From the IMG/VR virus record IMGVR_UViG_3300022377_000098, positions 8,270 to 72,269 of that record: DNA of 64,000 nucleotides. One strand, 5' to 3'. The DNA comes from a virus (Duplodnaviria > Caudoviricetes). This document shows positions 31,199 to 40,719 of this stretch, piece after piece (the first letter of the stretch is position 1; each line of letters begins with the position of its first letter). A model generated the notes under the pieces. The model saw nothing but the letters and a program-made list of their open reading frames with translations. It ran no database searches and was not told the DNA's origin. The translations under genes were made by a program, and so were the position numbers.

Positions 31199-31682
31199 TC
31201 ACAATCACTCTCAATTCCTTATCGGTTAGTTCTTTTGCACGTTGTTTCAAATACTGTGCCGTCTTGTAAACAAAAGCGTTAGCAGGTTGTCCTTGCGTCC
31301 AACGTAGTTTCTGCGCCTTTTCATCAAAGTACCACCATCCGGCAGTGCCATGACTGTTTGAATCATACACCCATCCGGGAGCAGGATTAGGATGTGGACT
31401 GGTTGCGCCTTTAATCCCGGTTCCATACTCAACAAAGATAGCGTAGTCTGAACCAACCGAAATTCTTCCAGTACAGGTTGATTCATCAAACGTGCTGGAA
31501 ATGCTGTCTGACAGTTCCCCCGTAGAGCGTTTGACGACTGACTTCATGTAATCGCGCCCCTCTTGCGTAAGCTGCGAAATCACGCTTGCAAGGGTAGAAT
31601 CAACCTTGGAATTCAGACTTTCCAGTTGCTTTTTTGCTTCTTCCACAGACTATGGAGAAAGTGCATCAAAAGAGATTTTCAT
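31191..31682 (-). CDS. HK97 gp10-like neck protein; TAG at codon 11
   Basis: MKISFDALSP*SVEEA; YAIFVEYGTG, TQGQPANAFVY. Confidence 0.8.
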
Positions 31683-32083
31683 GTTTCTGTGCCTGCGACC
31701 TTTTTAATGTACACAGCATACTGCCAACCAGTGAAAATTACCTGTTTGACTGTATAGTTGTTGTTCATCGGGTGCTCTGCATCATCGTCCCGCAAGTTTC
31801 CGTTTGGTGTGACTCCGTACCATGCCGCTTCAAATTCCTCTGGAGAATACCCCTCAACATCAAACGGTGTGAACACGCATTTCTGCATTTTGGAAACGTC
31901 AGCGCCGTACTCTTGAATGTCTGCCGTATCGGTTATTGGCTGCACGTTCACATGGAATTCGGCAGGTTCGTCATAGCAGGAAATCATGTTCCCTGTTTCG
32001 AGCCCATTTTCGTCTTTTTCAGGAACAGGCGGCAGTTTCTTCGCAAACCAGATTGACTTTTTATCTTTGTTCAGGCTTCTCAT
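31679..32083 (-). CDS. head-closure protein
   Basis: position in neck module, 134 aa. Confidence 0.6.
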   Translation of the reverse strand: MRSLNKDKKSIWFAKKLPPVPEKDENGLETGNMISCYDEPAEFHVNVQPITDTADIQEYGADVSKMQKCVFTPFDVEGYSPEEFEAAWYGVTPNGNLRDDDAEHPMNNNYTVKQVIFTGWQYAVYIKKVAGTET

Positions 32084-32400
32084 GAAACCATCACCGCCAT
32101 AGGAATGACTTCTTTCAGCAGGGAATCAGGAATATCAGCATTTTCATAAGAGCGGTTGACTCCGTTCTCATTGTGAGCCGTTTCCCCCTCCGCTCCTTGC
32201 TTGTTATAAAGAAAAATTGCAATCTGAATTTGCAGTTCGTTATATTGGCTTTCCAGTGGAGCGTCAGGCGGTGACCGTCTGCGCTCTTTAATTCTCGACT
32301 CTGCCCGGTCAAGCATAAGGTTCAGCTTTTCATCCTAGGAAGTGTCGATTACTGGAATATCAAGCCATACTTTCAGCTAATCAAGCTGTGTAGTAGTCAT
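32080..32400 (-). CDS. head-tail connector; TAG at codons 8 and 22
   Basis: MTTTQLD*LKVWLDIPVIDTS*DEKLNLML; YNKQGAEGETAHNENGVNRSY. Confidence 0.85.
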
Positions 32401-32557
32401 TGATATTATCCTTTCCGCGTTACTCGTTTCTTCTCTGTGACGGCTTCTGCTACAGCGGGCTTAGAATCTGTATGCACCGGCTGTTTTACCGGCACATCTT
32501 CACCCGCCATATAAAACTTGTCACCATGTTTTACAATGTGGTCGAATTTCACAGCAA

Positions 32558-33637
32558 TCAAGCCACCTTTGCAACATAGACTTCGTCCATACGCTCATAG
32601 GACGGCGCAAGGATTTCGGAAGCGGTGGTAATGGTCTGGTACGGCGCTTCTTTTGTGGTACTTACGGTGATGGTGATACCTGTGTTGAAGATAGCAAGCT
32701 GGTTGCCAGCCTGACGTGCAGAGCGTTCCTCCGGTGTCATGCCATACCACATAGTGCCAACGGAGCCGCCAGCGGGCAGGAAAGTAACATAACCATCCGG
32801 CATAAACGGATGTGCAGTGCCATCAATGCCCTTGTACATCTTATCGTAGACAATAATATCAATGCCGCACTTGATACGTAAGAACTGTGCAAGCAGATTA
32901 TCATCCATGAAGATGTTTGCAGTAGCGTTCTGCGCCAGAATTGCAGACTTAATCTGTGCATTCTCCGGCAGATTATCAAACGTTGCCTGTGACATAATGG
33001 CAGTGGACAGCACTGTTCCGTTCTCTTTCAGAGCATTGCGCTTGATGGTACGAATGTCAGATAGCGGCTTAGAATTAGCCGTATCACTCCACAGGTTTGT
33101 GCCGGTCAAAGCAGTGTAGTGCTTTGCTTTCCATGTGCCGTCAGCATCATAGTTCATGGTGTAACTTGCACCATCTTTTCCAGTCAAATTGATAATGGGA
33201 CTTCCGTCAACTGGTGCAAGCAGACTGAATGCCATAATTTCAGGCACTACCATAGCACCATCACGCAAAGTACCAGCATCATCAAAGATGCGGTTCAAAA
33301 CGTCCTGCACAAACGGGTCGTTTGCATCACGATTCTGCACTTCCATCAAATCCTGAATGTCCTTTTCTTTGACAATCATAGACTCACGGAAGAATGCCAG
33401 TTCCGTTTCAGAACGGCTCACACCTGCACGGTCGCGGAATGTCGGCTTTGCATCAAAGCTAGACAGATTGATTGCAACCGGAAGTCCCTTTGTGCCTTTC
33501 AGCCAAGACACAGTTAGCCCGGTTTTCTTTCGCGGTGCGAAGAAAGCACTGCCAAGATACGGGATTTCATTGGAATACGCAGTTGTCCAATCGTTTGCAA
33601 CTGCATTTGCCGTAAAAATGTCCTAAAGTTCAGCCAT
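32558..33637 (-). CDS. major capsid protein (capsid E family); TAG at codon 5
   Basis: GGAGG RBS, MAEL*DIFTANAVA...LSSFDAKPTFRDR. Confidence 0.88.
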
Positions 33638-33652
33638 ATTTTATTCCTCCTA

Positions 33653-33967
33653 TTAGCCGATAAACTGAATATCTTTCAGTGCGGTTTTTGCTTCTGCTGC
33701 CGGTGCTGCCGGAAGTGCCGCGCTTTTGATAAATCCGTGGATAACAATAGTTGCGGTGCGGTCACCATCTGTAACATTTGTGTCAAACAGCAACACACCC
33801 TCTGCTGTTGCATCGTTTGCGGGGAGAATTGTGCCAGCCGGTACAATCTTTTTTCCCTCTGAATTCGCGGTTACGCCAGTAGCACTAACGGTGTACGGCT
33901 TGCCAACATAATGGTCGTTGTACAAAATTTCTTTTGTTGCAGTAACCGTTTCAGTTTTTACATTCAT
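33653..33967 (-). CDS. head decoration protein
   Basis: KKIVPAGTILPANDATAEGVLLFD. Confidence 0.72.
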   Translation of the reverse strand: MNVKTETVTATKEILYNDHYVGKPYTVSATGVTANSEGKKIVPAGTILPANDATAEGVLLFDTNVTDGDRTATIVIHGFIKSAALPAAPAAEAKTALKDIQFIG

Positions 33968-34650
33968 TTATTTGTACCTCCCAATCTGTAGTGGTCGATT
34001 GCGGACTTTGCTGCTTTTGCGTGTTCAGTAGTGTCCCTACCTAGCACTTTGAGAATGTTAGTAGAAGAATCACCTGCAGGCTTACTGTCCGCATTCCCTG
34101 CTTTTGGCGGCTTTGCGCTCGCCATTTCAGCCTTGATTTTATCATTGGCAATCTTTTCCGACTGCGCCTTAATAACGTCAATCACGGACTTCACGGCTGC
34201 ATCAGTGGTATCCTTGTCGGCTGTTACAACCGTGTCAAGAATCTTCGAGTATGCCTTTTCATCAACGCCTGCAAGCACGAACTGGCGCTCTGCTGAAAGC
34301 CTGTTGCGGTCTTTCGCAAGGCCGTTCTTTGCGGCTTCAATTTCCGCTTTTGCATCATCAATCTGCTTTTTAGCCAACTGGTCTGCGGTCATTTTGGACT
34401 CTACTTCCATTTGACTCTTGATTTCTTCGCGCAGATTGGTTTCGCGGGTTTTCAATGCCTGCTGAATCGCGCGGTCATAATCTCCCTGTGATTCAAAAGT
34501 CTTAAAAGGCTCTGACTTTACTGTAATTCCGTCTGCTTTTTGCGTTACAACCGTTGAATCGCCTGTTGATGCATTAGCAACGGCGCTTACATTTGCGTCA
34601 GCGCTGGACTGAACAGCGGTTCCGACTGCTGTATTAGCTTCTTCTGCCAT
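33964..34650 (-). CDS. scaffolding protein (DUF4355-like)
   Basis: FESQGDYDRAIQQALKTRE; upstream of capsid gene. Confidence 0.75.
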   Translation of the reverse strand: MAEEANTAVGTAVQSSADANVSAVANASTGDSTVVTQKADGITVKSEPFKTFESQGDYDRAIQQALKTRETNLREEIKSQMEVESKMTADQLAKKQIDDAKAEIEAAKNGLAKDRNRLSAERQFVLAGVDEKAYSKILDTVVTADKDTTDAAVKSVIDVIKAQSEKIANDKIKAEMASAKPPKAGNADSKPAGDSSTNILKVLGRDTTEHAKAAKSAIDHYRLGGTNK

Positions 34651-34764
34651 TTTTCTTTCCTCCGTTGTGCCGCACCGTAACAGATATATAGTCCTCATAA
34701 GTGTTCAATCTGTGCCGTTGCGTCTGATTGTTTTTGATTTATAAGTAAGTGGAATCCCACATAC

Positions 34765-35151
34765 TCACGAATTTAAATAGTCTGCGATTTCAGACAAACT
34801 CTTGAAATATTTTCCACCATTTCGCTGAACCATAAGGCCAACCCTATCAAGGGATTTATACTGTCCAATGCTGAACTTCAAATCTGGTTCATCAATAAAG
34901 GCGAATACGGTCTTTTCAGGGCGTTTGTTGCTATCGTCAACGACTTCTGCAATGCTGTAAACTCCCTGCATTCGTGGAGTGATAACGTACAAGCAAAAAT
35001 CATCATTTGTGCGCTCCTGCAATTCCTACTGATAGCATTCTTCTGTCCAGTCAGGTACAACCGGATTGAAATAATCAATCTACAGCATTGAAATCAGTTT
35101 TTTACGCCATTTGCTTTCTGCACAGGTGCCGCCTAAAAACACTTTCTACAT
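34765..35151 (-). CDS. nucleoside 2-deoxyribosyltransferase-like protein; TAG at codons 2, 24, 42
   Basis: M*KVFLGGTC...WR...L*IDYFNPVVPDW...YSIAEVVDDSNKRPEKT. Confidence 0.8.
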
Positions 35152-35169
35152 ACTGTTATGTCCTCAATT

Positions 35170-35976
35170 TTATAGACAAGCGGAAAATTTCTTCCGTGTG
35201 CCGTCTAGGTAAATTATCGGTGTATCTTTTGAAGATGGTTTGAATTCACCAGTCTGCCCATAGCCACCATAATCAAGGCAAGCAGACGTGTTTACAAATA
35301 GCTTGTCTACCGATGACACGGTGCTATTGCGAATGTCTGCCCTAAAGAAAGATTCTTTTAATACCATAGGCAAGTGCGTATGGCTATGAATGTAAACGTC
35401 TGCATCAACAATGCTTTCCATATCAGCAAGGCGATTTATCTTTGAACCCTCTTTGCGGCCACCACCACTTCCATGCGTGGCATAAATGGTGTAGCATACC
35501 ATTCTACTTTTGCCACTTCCATTGGTTTCCTTGTGGCCGTCAGACGTACTCCCAAATCTAAGGAATATGAAGTTTCCCTCTGCACAATATCTATCTTCTA
35601 TGCCGAGTTCCCTCGCAATCAGCCTTGAAATATCAACACCATCCTGCCGGTAAACTCTCCGTTCGTGATTTCCGTCCTGCATAGAAACAATCTTGTCTTT
35701 TATTGGAAAAAGCAAGTTGCAGCATTCTTCAATCTCTTGCATTGGGGAGAGCCTTTCAGCATAGCAATCTGATACGCTTGTTTTAGTTGCCGTGTTCATT
35801 AGGTCGCCATTAAGAATGCAATATGCATTTTCGGTGTCATGAATATGGTCTATGCGTTGCTGAATCAGCTTCCTGTCACAGGCTTTATCACCAATATGTA
35901 GGTCGCCTATTACATTCAATTCAACCGAACTTAGATTTCGTGAAAGGTCTGCTTTAACAATGTGAATTCTAATCAC
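35170..35976 (-). CDS. calcineurin-like metallophosphoesterase
   Basis: GDLHIG, NGDL, GNHE, HG, HTH motifs. Confidence 0.85.
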   Translation of the reverse strand: MIRIHIVKADLSRNLSSVELNVIGDLHIGDKACDRKLIQQRIDHIHDTENAYCILNGDLMNTATKTSVSDCYAERLSPMQEIEECCNLLFPIKDKIVSMQDGNHERRVYRQDGVDISRLIARELGIEDRYCAEGNFIFLRFGSTSDGHKETNGSGKSRMVCYTIYATHGSGGGRKEGSKINRLADMESIVDADVYIHSHTHLPMVLKESFFRADIRNSTVSSVDKLFVNTSACLDYGGYGQTGEFKPSSKDTPIIYLDGTRKKFSACL

Positions 35977-36001
35977 TTCCTTTGCTTATGGTTCTATAAC
36001 A

Positions 36002-36075
36002 TGGAGCGAATAACCAGAATCGAACTGGCACCGTCTGATTGGAAGTCAGAAGTTCTACCGTTGAACTATATCCGC
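36002..36075 (-). tRNA. tRNA-Gly(TCC)
   Basis: GCGGATA...TCTGA-CT-TCC-AA-TCAGA...CGCTCCA. Confidence 0.92.
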
Positions 36076-36142
36076 ATAAGTGAATAGCTTTACCGCACGC
36101 TGTGGCGGTCGTTTTGCAGGCAGTAGGCTATTAGACTTGCCG

Positions 36143-36228
36143 TGGTGGAAGATTGAGGAATCGAACCTCACTTCATGTGCACACCTTTTCTTCCATAAAG
36201 CGGCATTTCAGCCGCAATGATTTCTTCC
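36143..36228 (-). pseudogene. degenerate tRNA-Ser-like RNA lacking D arm
   Basis: GGAAGA/TCTTCC acceptor, TTCGATT T loop, CCA, hairpin GCGGC-TGAAAT-GCCGC. Confidence 0.5.
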
Positions 36229-36358
36229 AATTTGCAGAAGCGTTTGCTTTTTGATTTCTTGCAGCCGTTCAAGTTCTGCAATCTGCTCTGCGTTTGGGCG
36301 TGGCAAAGAGCGGATGTTATCTATCTGCTTATTTACATCACGCCACTGTTTCACGCTG

Positions 36359-36583
36359 TCATTCATCTGCTTTTGTAAGGTCGATGTCTTTTAAAAACTT
36401 TTCAAAGCTGTCACGATAACGAGCAATTATAATTGTCATTGCCACATATGCCACGGCAAAGAATGCAGTTACAACAATCAGGGGCAAGAATACTACCGCC
36501 CACGGAATAGCAGGAAGTGCAAGCAGCTTCAAGAGCAAAATCAGCGCTGTAAGAACCGAAGTTGGAATATAAATCTCTTTCAT
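36359..36583 (-). CDS. small membrane protein
   Basis: two hydrophobic segments. Confidence 0.55.
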   Translation of the reverse strand: MKEIYIPTSVLTALILLLKLLALPAIPWAVVFLPLIVVTAFFAVAYVAMTIIIARYRDSFEKFLKDIDLTKADE

Positions 36584-36813
36584 TTTTTCTCCTTTTCCAC
36601 ATTAGCTCGCAATTTCTTGATATAAGCGTCAGATAAGCTTGTTTCGCAATTTGTTGCATTGAGTTCAAGTTTTAGTATGGGAAGCGAATGGACGGAATCC
36701 TGCAAGAGCGTAAAAGACCTTACGTCATGAATCTCATGTCCATCTATGAAGATGCGGGTAATTGCGCAGTTGGTCTTAGCTTGAACCTCACCTTTAATCT
36801 GAATATTTTGCAT
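36580..36813 (-). CDS. hypothetical protein
   Basis: GGAGG RBS, 77 aa. Confidence 0.55.
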   Translation of the reverse strand: MQNIQIKGEVQAKTNCAITRIFIDGHEIHDVRSFTLLQDSVHSLPILKLELNATNCETSLSDAYIKKLRANVEKEKK

Positions 36814-36891
36814 TTTAAATACCTCCGTTAATTAAAAAATAGCCGAAGCAGACAGCCTATTGGCTGCAAGTTTCGGTTCTCTTAGGAACTC

Positions 36892-37059
36892 TTATTTTAT
36901 GTACCCACTCTGCATATTCCCACAACGCGGGCATTTGACTTCATAGTATCCGTTAAACTCACCCAGTTTTTTGTTGCACTTTCGGCACCGGGCTTCCTTT
37001 AGATTCGGTGTTGTTTGTTGGATTCGCAAGTTGTTTGCTGTCTGAACTTCCTTTAGCAT
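36892..37059 (-). CDS. Com-family zinc finger overlapping the portal 3' end
   Basis: same RCRKC...CPRC DNA as 7083-7187. Confidence 0.7.
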   Translation of the reverse strand: MLKEVQTANNLRIQQTTPNLKEARCRKCNKKLGEFNGYYEVKCPRCGNMQSGYIK

Positions 37060-38560
37060 CTGATTCCTCATTTCCTGTAGGAATTGTGTTGTTTGTAGGC
37101 GCAAGCATAGCCGCCGCTTCATCCGTTTTCTGCTTCCAATATTCTTCTCCACGCTTTGCCATTTCGTTAGGCATTTCTGTAAAGTTGGAAAGCTCAATCG
37201 CATCTGTAGGAGTAAGAACTTTAGTCGCCATCAAAGTTGAAAGTGTCTGCGACTTGTTAAGCATATTGTTTGTGCGGTTACGGACAAAGTTTACCTCAAC
37301 ATCCATCGGCTTGATGTCAATGTTGCTGAATCGCTTTAAAATCTTGCAAACCATACGGAGCATTTGCTTTTCTGACTTCTTGAAATTTCTCTGCTTACAC
37401 CGTGCTACAACTTCAAGGCTCTGGTATCCGTCACGCAGATAAACTGCATCCCCTGTGTCGCCAGTGCCGCCGCCCTTTGCCTTACGGTCAGGAATTCCGG
37501 TAATGGCGTACACATAGTCAATCAAAGTCTGTGCAAGCGTTTCAGCTTCGTTCTGATTGACGCCGGAATTTACATACTTCACGTCTGCTGGATTCTGCTG
37601 GTCGGAAGTCATTTCAAGAGCCATGCCTTGCTTCATCTTTTCAAAATCAGAAGTCCCACCATTCTCTTTTGCCGTTTTCAAGTGGCAGTTCACAAACACA
37701 AGCAGGCTGTTTACAAGCTGTTCAACACTGTTTACACGGTCACTGTGCAGCTTGTTCAACGCGTCAAGAATTGTCAACACGGATTCAAAGTCGCCCATAC
37801 GGCACTGATTGTTTTTGTACTCCACAATTGGAACAGCACCAAGCAAATGTGCTTTTGGATATCCGCTTACAAGGTCTTTTGCAGTAATAGTTGTCTGTAC
37901 TCCAGCGACTTCATACTGATATTGGTATGTGTTGTCATACACCGTGTACACTCTGCCGGTTGCGTTTCCGTAATCATCTAAAATATCAGAGAACGTAACG
38001 CCAAGTACAGGCTTTTTTACAGAATCAGTGGAATAAATGACGAATGTTGAACGTGCATCAAGTGTCGGAATCTCAAATGGTGCTTCATCCTCATCGCATT
38101 TTTCATCCACCGCAACAAGACGATATCCAACGCCACAAACGGAAGCACTTTCGCCAACGTCCATGTCGTTTGCGGCTTTATCTTCGCTGTCCATATACTC
38201 ATTTAGAGAGTCAATATCGCTGCGCTCTTTATCGCTACCGCCTTTTGAAGTGTACTTGATTGGCTCGCCGAGGAAATAGCCGTTTGCGTTACGCACAATA
38301 GCCAGAGCGTTGTTAATCACGATGCGGTTATTGATTTCCGGCCTAACCTTTTTTTCGCGGTAAATGATTGGCTGATTGCCTTTGTAGTAATTATACAGAT
38401 ATTCAATTTCCTGCTGATTATTTGCAAACTGTACCATAGCGCCGTTTACGATTCCCGGTATGGTTTCTTCACTGATTTCATTTGAAGTGCATAATTCCTA
38501 TCTACCTAAAAATGTATGGTCTTCACCATACCATGCAGTGGATAGAATATCTTCAATCAT
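36959..38560 (-). CDS. SPP1-type portal protein; TAG at codon 21
   Basis: MIEDIL...FLGR*ELCTS...YLYNYYKGNQ, NGYFLGEP. Confidence 0.88.
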
Positions 38561-38794
38561 TTATTCTTCACTTCCTTTAAGTCTATCTGGTGGACAAGTC
38601 TTACATTTCCCATCATCATCAAGGACTATGTAAAATCCGGCTGGAGCGCTGTATCTGGTGAATTTGTTGCCAGCTTCACACCATCCGTCTGTCTTGAAGA
38701 TAACGTTTCCTGCGTCAACAAGAGATTTTACCCATTCAGGAACTGGTTTGCTCCCAATTTCGTATGACTTCAACAAATCACCTGAATATTTTTT

Positions 38795-38870
38795 TGGTGC
38801 GCCATCTGCGGCTCGAACGCAGGCCACCCGGATTTAGAGTCCGGTGCTCTTCCAACTAAGTTAATGGCGC
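38795..38870 (-). tRNA. amber suppressor tRNA(CUA), tRNA-Lys-like body (element 2)
   Basis: 76 nt GCGCCAT...CCGGA-CT-CTA-AA-TCCGG...GTTCGAGC...ATGGCGC-A-CCA. Confidence 0.92.
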
Positions 38871-39057
38871 ATATAATAGCGGTATGGCATAATTGGACGG
38901 CGCAAAATTGCGCTGTCTAAATTCTTCACTCAATCCAGATTTGGTGTCAGTGATTTTTGATAATTATTTTAAACTGGTCGATTTCGACCACTTTAAATTC
39001 AGAGTACCTATCATGGTGAGAATTATTAATAGACGCGATAGGCTTTCCTAAAGACTT

Positions 39058-39114
39058 TGGTGAGATACCCCGGTCACGACCCGGCGGACACGTCCTATTG
39101 GACTGCCGTAACTC
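39058..39114 (-). ncRNA. D-armless tRNA-like RNA with encoded CCA
   Basis: GAGTTAC/GTATCTC-A-CCA, central hairpin GTCC-AATA-GGAC, T-like arm. Confidence 0.45.
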
Positions 39115-39273
39115 ATAATAAGCGGGCTTTATTCCATGTGCCTGCTAGTCATGGTCAAACTTTCTAGGTAAGTTTGCGAATCCAATCCAGTTCGCATGGA
39201 CTAGCGCCCTGTTGACGGGGACTAGCATATTTCAGCTATAATATTCACCCTGTACGCCATCAGCTTTGGGAAT

Positions 39274-39361
39274 TGGCGGAAGATAGAGGATTCGAACTCC
39301 TGTTGCGTTACCGCTTACCTGCTTTCAAGGCAGGCTCTTTAAACCGCTCGGACAATCTTCC
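39274..39361 (-). tRNA. tRNA-Ser(TGA)
   Basis: 88 nt, long variable arm, CCTGC-CT-TGA-AA-GCAGG. Confidence 0.92.
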
Positions 39362-39412
39362 ACAAAGATACCCGCCATTGTGCACATTGTTAAGAGGTGA
39401 GGTGGGTTTGTT

Positions 39413-39488
39413 TGGATGCGGATGCAGGATTCGAACCTGCGACTTCTAACTCATGGGGCTAGCGAGCTGACCACTGCTCTAATCCGCA
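39413..39488 (-). tRNA. tRNA-Met(CAT), initiator-like D arm
   Basis: GAGCAGTGGTCAGCTC, CTAGC-CC-CAT-GA-GTTAG, CCA. Confidence 0.85.
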
Positions 39489-39551
39489 ATATATTGGGCG
39501 GCTACCTGCGCCGCCCGCTGCCAGTTTTCATGGCAAAGTTTCAAGAATTGG

Positions 39552-40310
39552 TTATGCCGCTTTTGATTCTCTTTCAATTACAGGAAGTATTCCATGCTTT
39601 TTGAGCAACTCGTAAAGGAACAGTCGGCCTTTTTGTGTCCATCTGGTGTGAAGCACACTTCCGGGCGTTCCATCGTGATGGATTATCTGCTTTGTTGTAC
39701 TCTTTGTATAGCCCTCATGCTGATATTTGCCGTACAAGAGCCATTGCCCACCCAATTTGTACTGTATGCCTTTATCATGGAGCAACTTATTCATACTTTC
39801 GCCACTCATGCCGTAATCTTTGGCAATTTGGGTGATGTTCACTGCATCCCTGCTGCTAAGTATTTCGTCAACATAGTTTGCCTTTGGCTCATACTCCGCG
39901 ATTAACTGCTTTTGCTGTGTATTCTCTAAGCTAAGCGACTTTATGGTATCGTTAGCAATTTGCAAAGCGCGTGCCATAACCTTTTCAGGGCTGTTCCAGT
40001 TTTTCTCAATCTGCAAGAAATACTGTCGTGCTTGCTTTCCACGTTCCGTGCGCTGAATCATGCAGAGTTCTTTTGCCATGTCAATAGAGAGCGAATAGTC
40101 TGTGATTTCAGTCCATGGATTTTTAGGATTATTGGTCGGACATTTTTGTCCGGGCAATTTTGCAAAGTCCACATTTTCTAAAAATCCATATTCGCACATT
40201 CTCGAAAACCAATGTGGAAAGTCTGTTTTGACTTCAATGAACTTATGCAGTTCCCGTGCCGAAACTGCCGGTCTGTCGTTCTCATACTTGATTGGAATTA
40301 GTTCGTTCAT
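39552..40310 (-). CDS. antirepressor (AntA/AntB plus KilAC)
   Basis: VSARELH, LSIDMAKELCM, ITQIAKDYG, WTQKGRLFLY. Confidence 0.9.
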   Translation of the reverse strand: MNELIPIKYENDRPAVSARELHKFIEVKTDFPHWFSRMCEYGFLENVDFAKLPGQKCPTNNPKNPWTEITDYSLSIDMAKELCMIQRTERGKQARQYFLQIEKNWNSPEKVMARALQIANDTIKSLSLENTQQKQLIAEYEPKANYVDEILSSRDAVNITQIAKDYGMSGESMNKLLHDKGIQYKLGGQWLLYGKYQHEGYTKSTTKQIIHHDGTPGSVLHTRWTQKGRLFLYELLKKHGILPVIERESKAA

Positions 40311-40529
40311 TTTATAGGTACCTCCAAAAATAATGTTCACATGGAGGGAATGGCAGGGGTTTATCCTGCTCGTTCGTTATTCCCATAAATCTTCAAACCG
40401 TTTCGGTGCCACTTTCGGTTCATACGCCGTCTGTGGCATATTTAGCGGCACTGTTGCGAAATACAGTACCGCTTTTCTTTACCGGCTGCATCCGGTAGCT
40501 GTGCTTCATGCAGTTGCACAGGTTGTAAT

Positions 40530-40597
40530 TGCCAATTCCCGGATTCCAACCGAGGTCTCCCAATCAAATGGCGCTCTCTCAACTAAGCTACATTGGC
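40530..40597 (-). pseudogene. tRNA-like element with shrunken anticodon arm
   Basis: GCCAAT/ATTGGC acceptor, D arm like the suppressors, 12-nt anticodon arm. Confidence 0.5.
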
Positions 40598-40663
40598 ATA
40601 TTAGACGGCGCAGAAAGGAGTGTAAAGAGCGCCGCCCCATAAGAAATTTCTTACTCTATTTAT

Positions 40664-40701
40664 ATTTTAACGTCTGAAAAGAAATTTCGTCACTCAAAAC
40701 C
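40664..40701 (-). promoter_or_regulatory. conserved phage promoter motif, copy 2
   Basis: GGTTTTGAGTGACGAAAT-14-TAAAAT upstream of the ant/tRNA/portal operon. Confidence 0.65.
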
Positions 40702-40719
40702 TGTTACAGAATTATGAAC

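Noticed and set aside
38561-38827. ORF start inside the suppressor tRNA
   Set aside because: The N-terminal part overlaps the tRNA; the real gene probably starts at TTG near 38775.
38795-38870. Pyrrolysine tRNA (pylT)
   Set aside because: Canonical cloverleaf with a 5-bp anticodon stem and normal D and variable loops; no pylSBCD genes in the window.
39274-39361. Opal suppressor tRNA
   Set aside because: Anticodon UGA reads the Ser codon UCA; an opal suppressor would have anticodon UCA.
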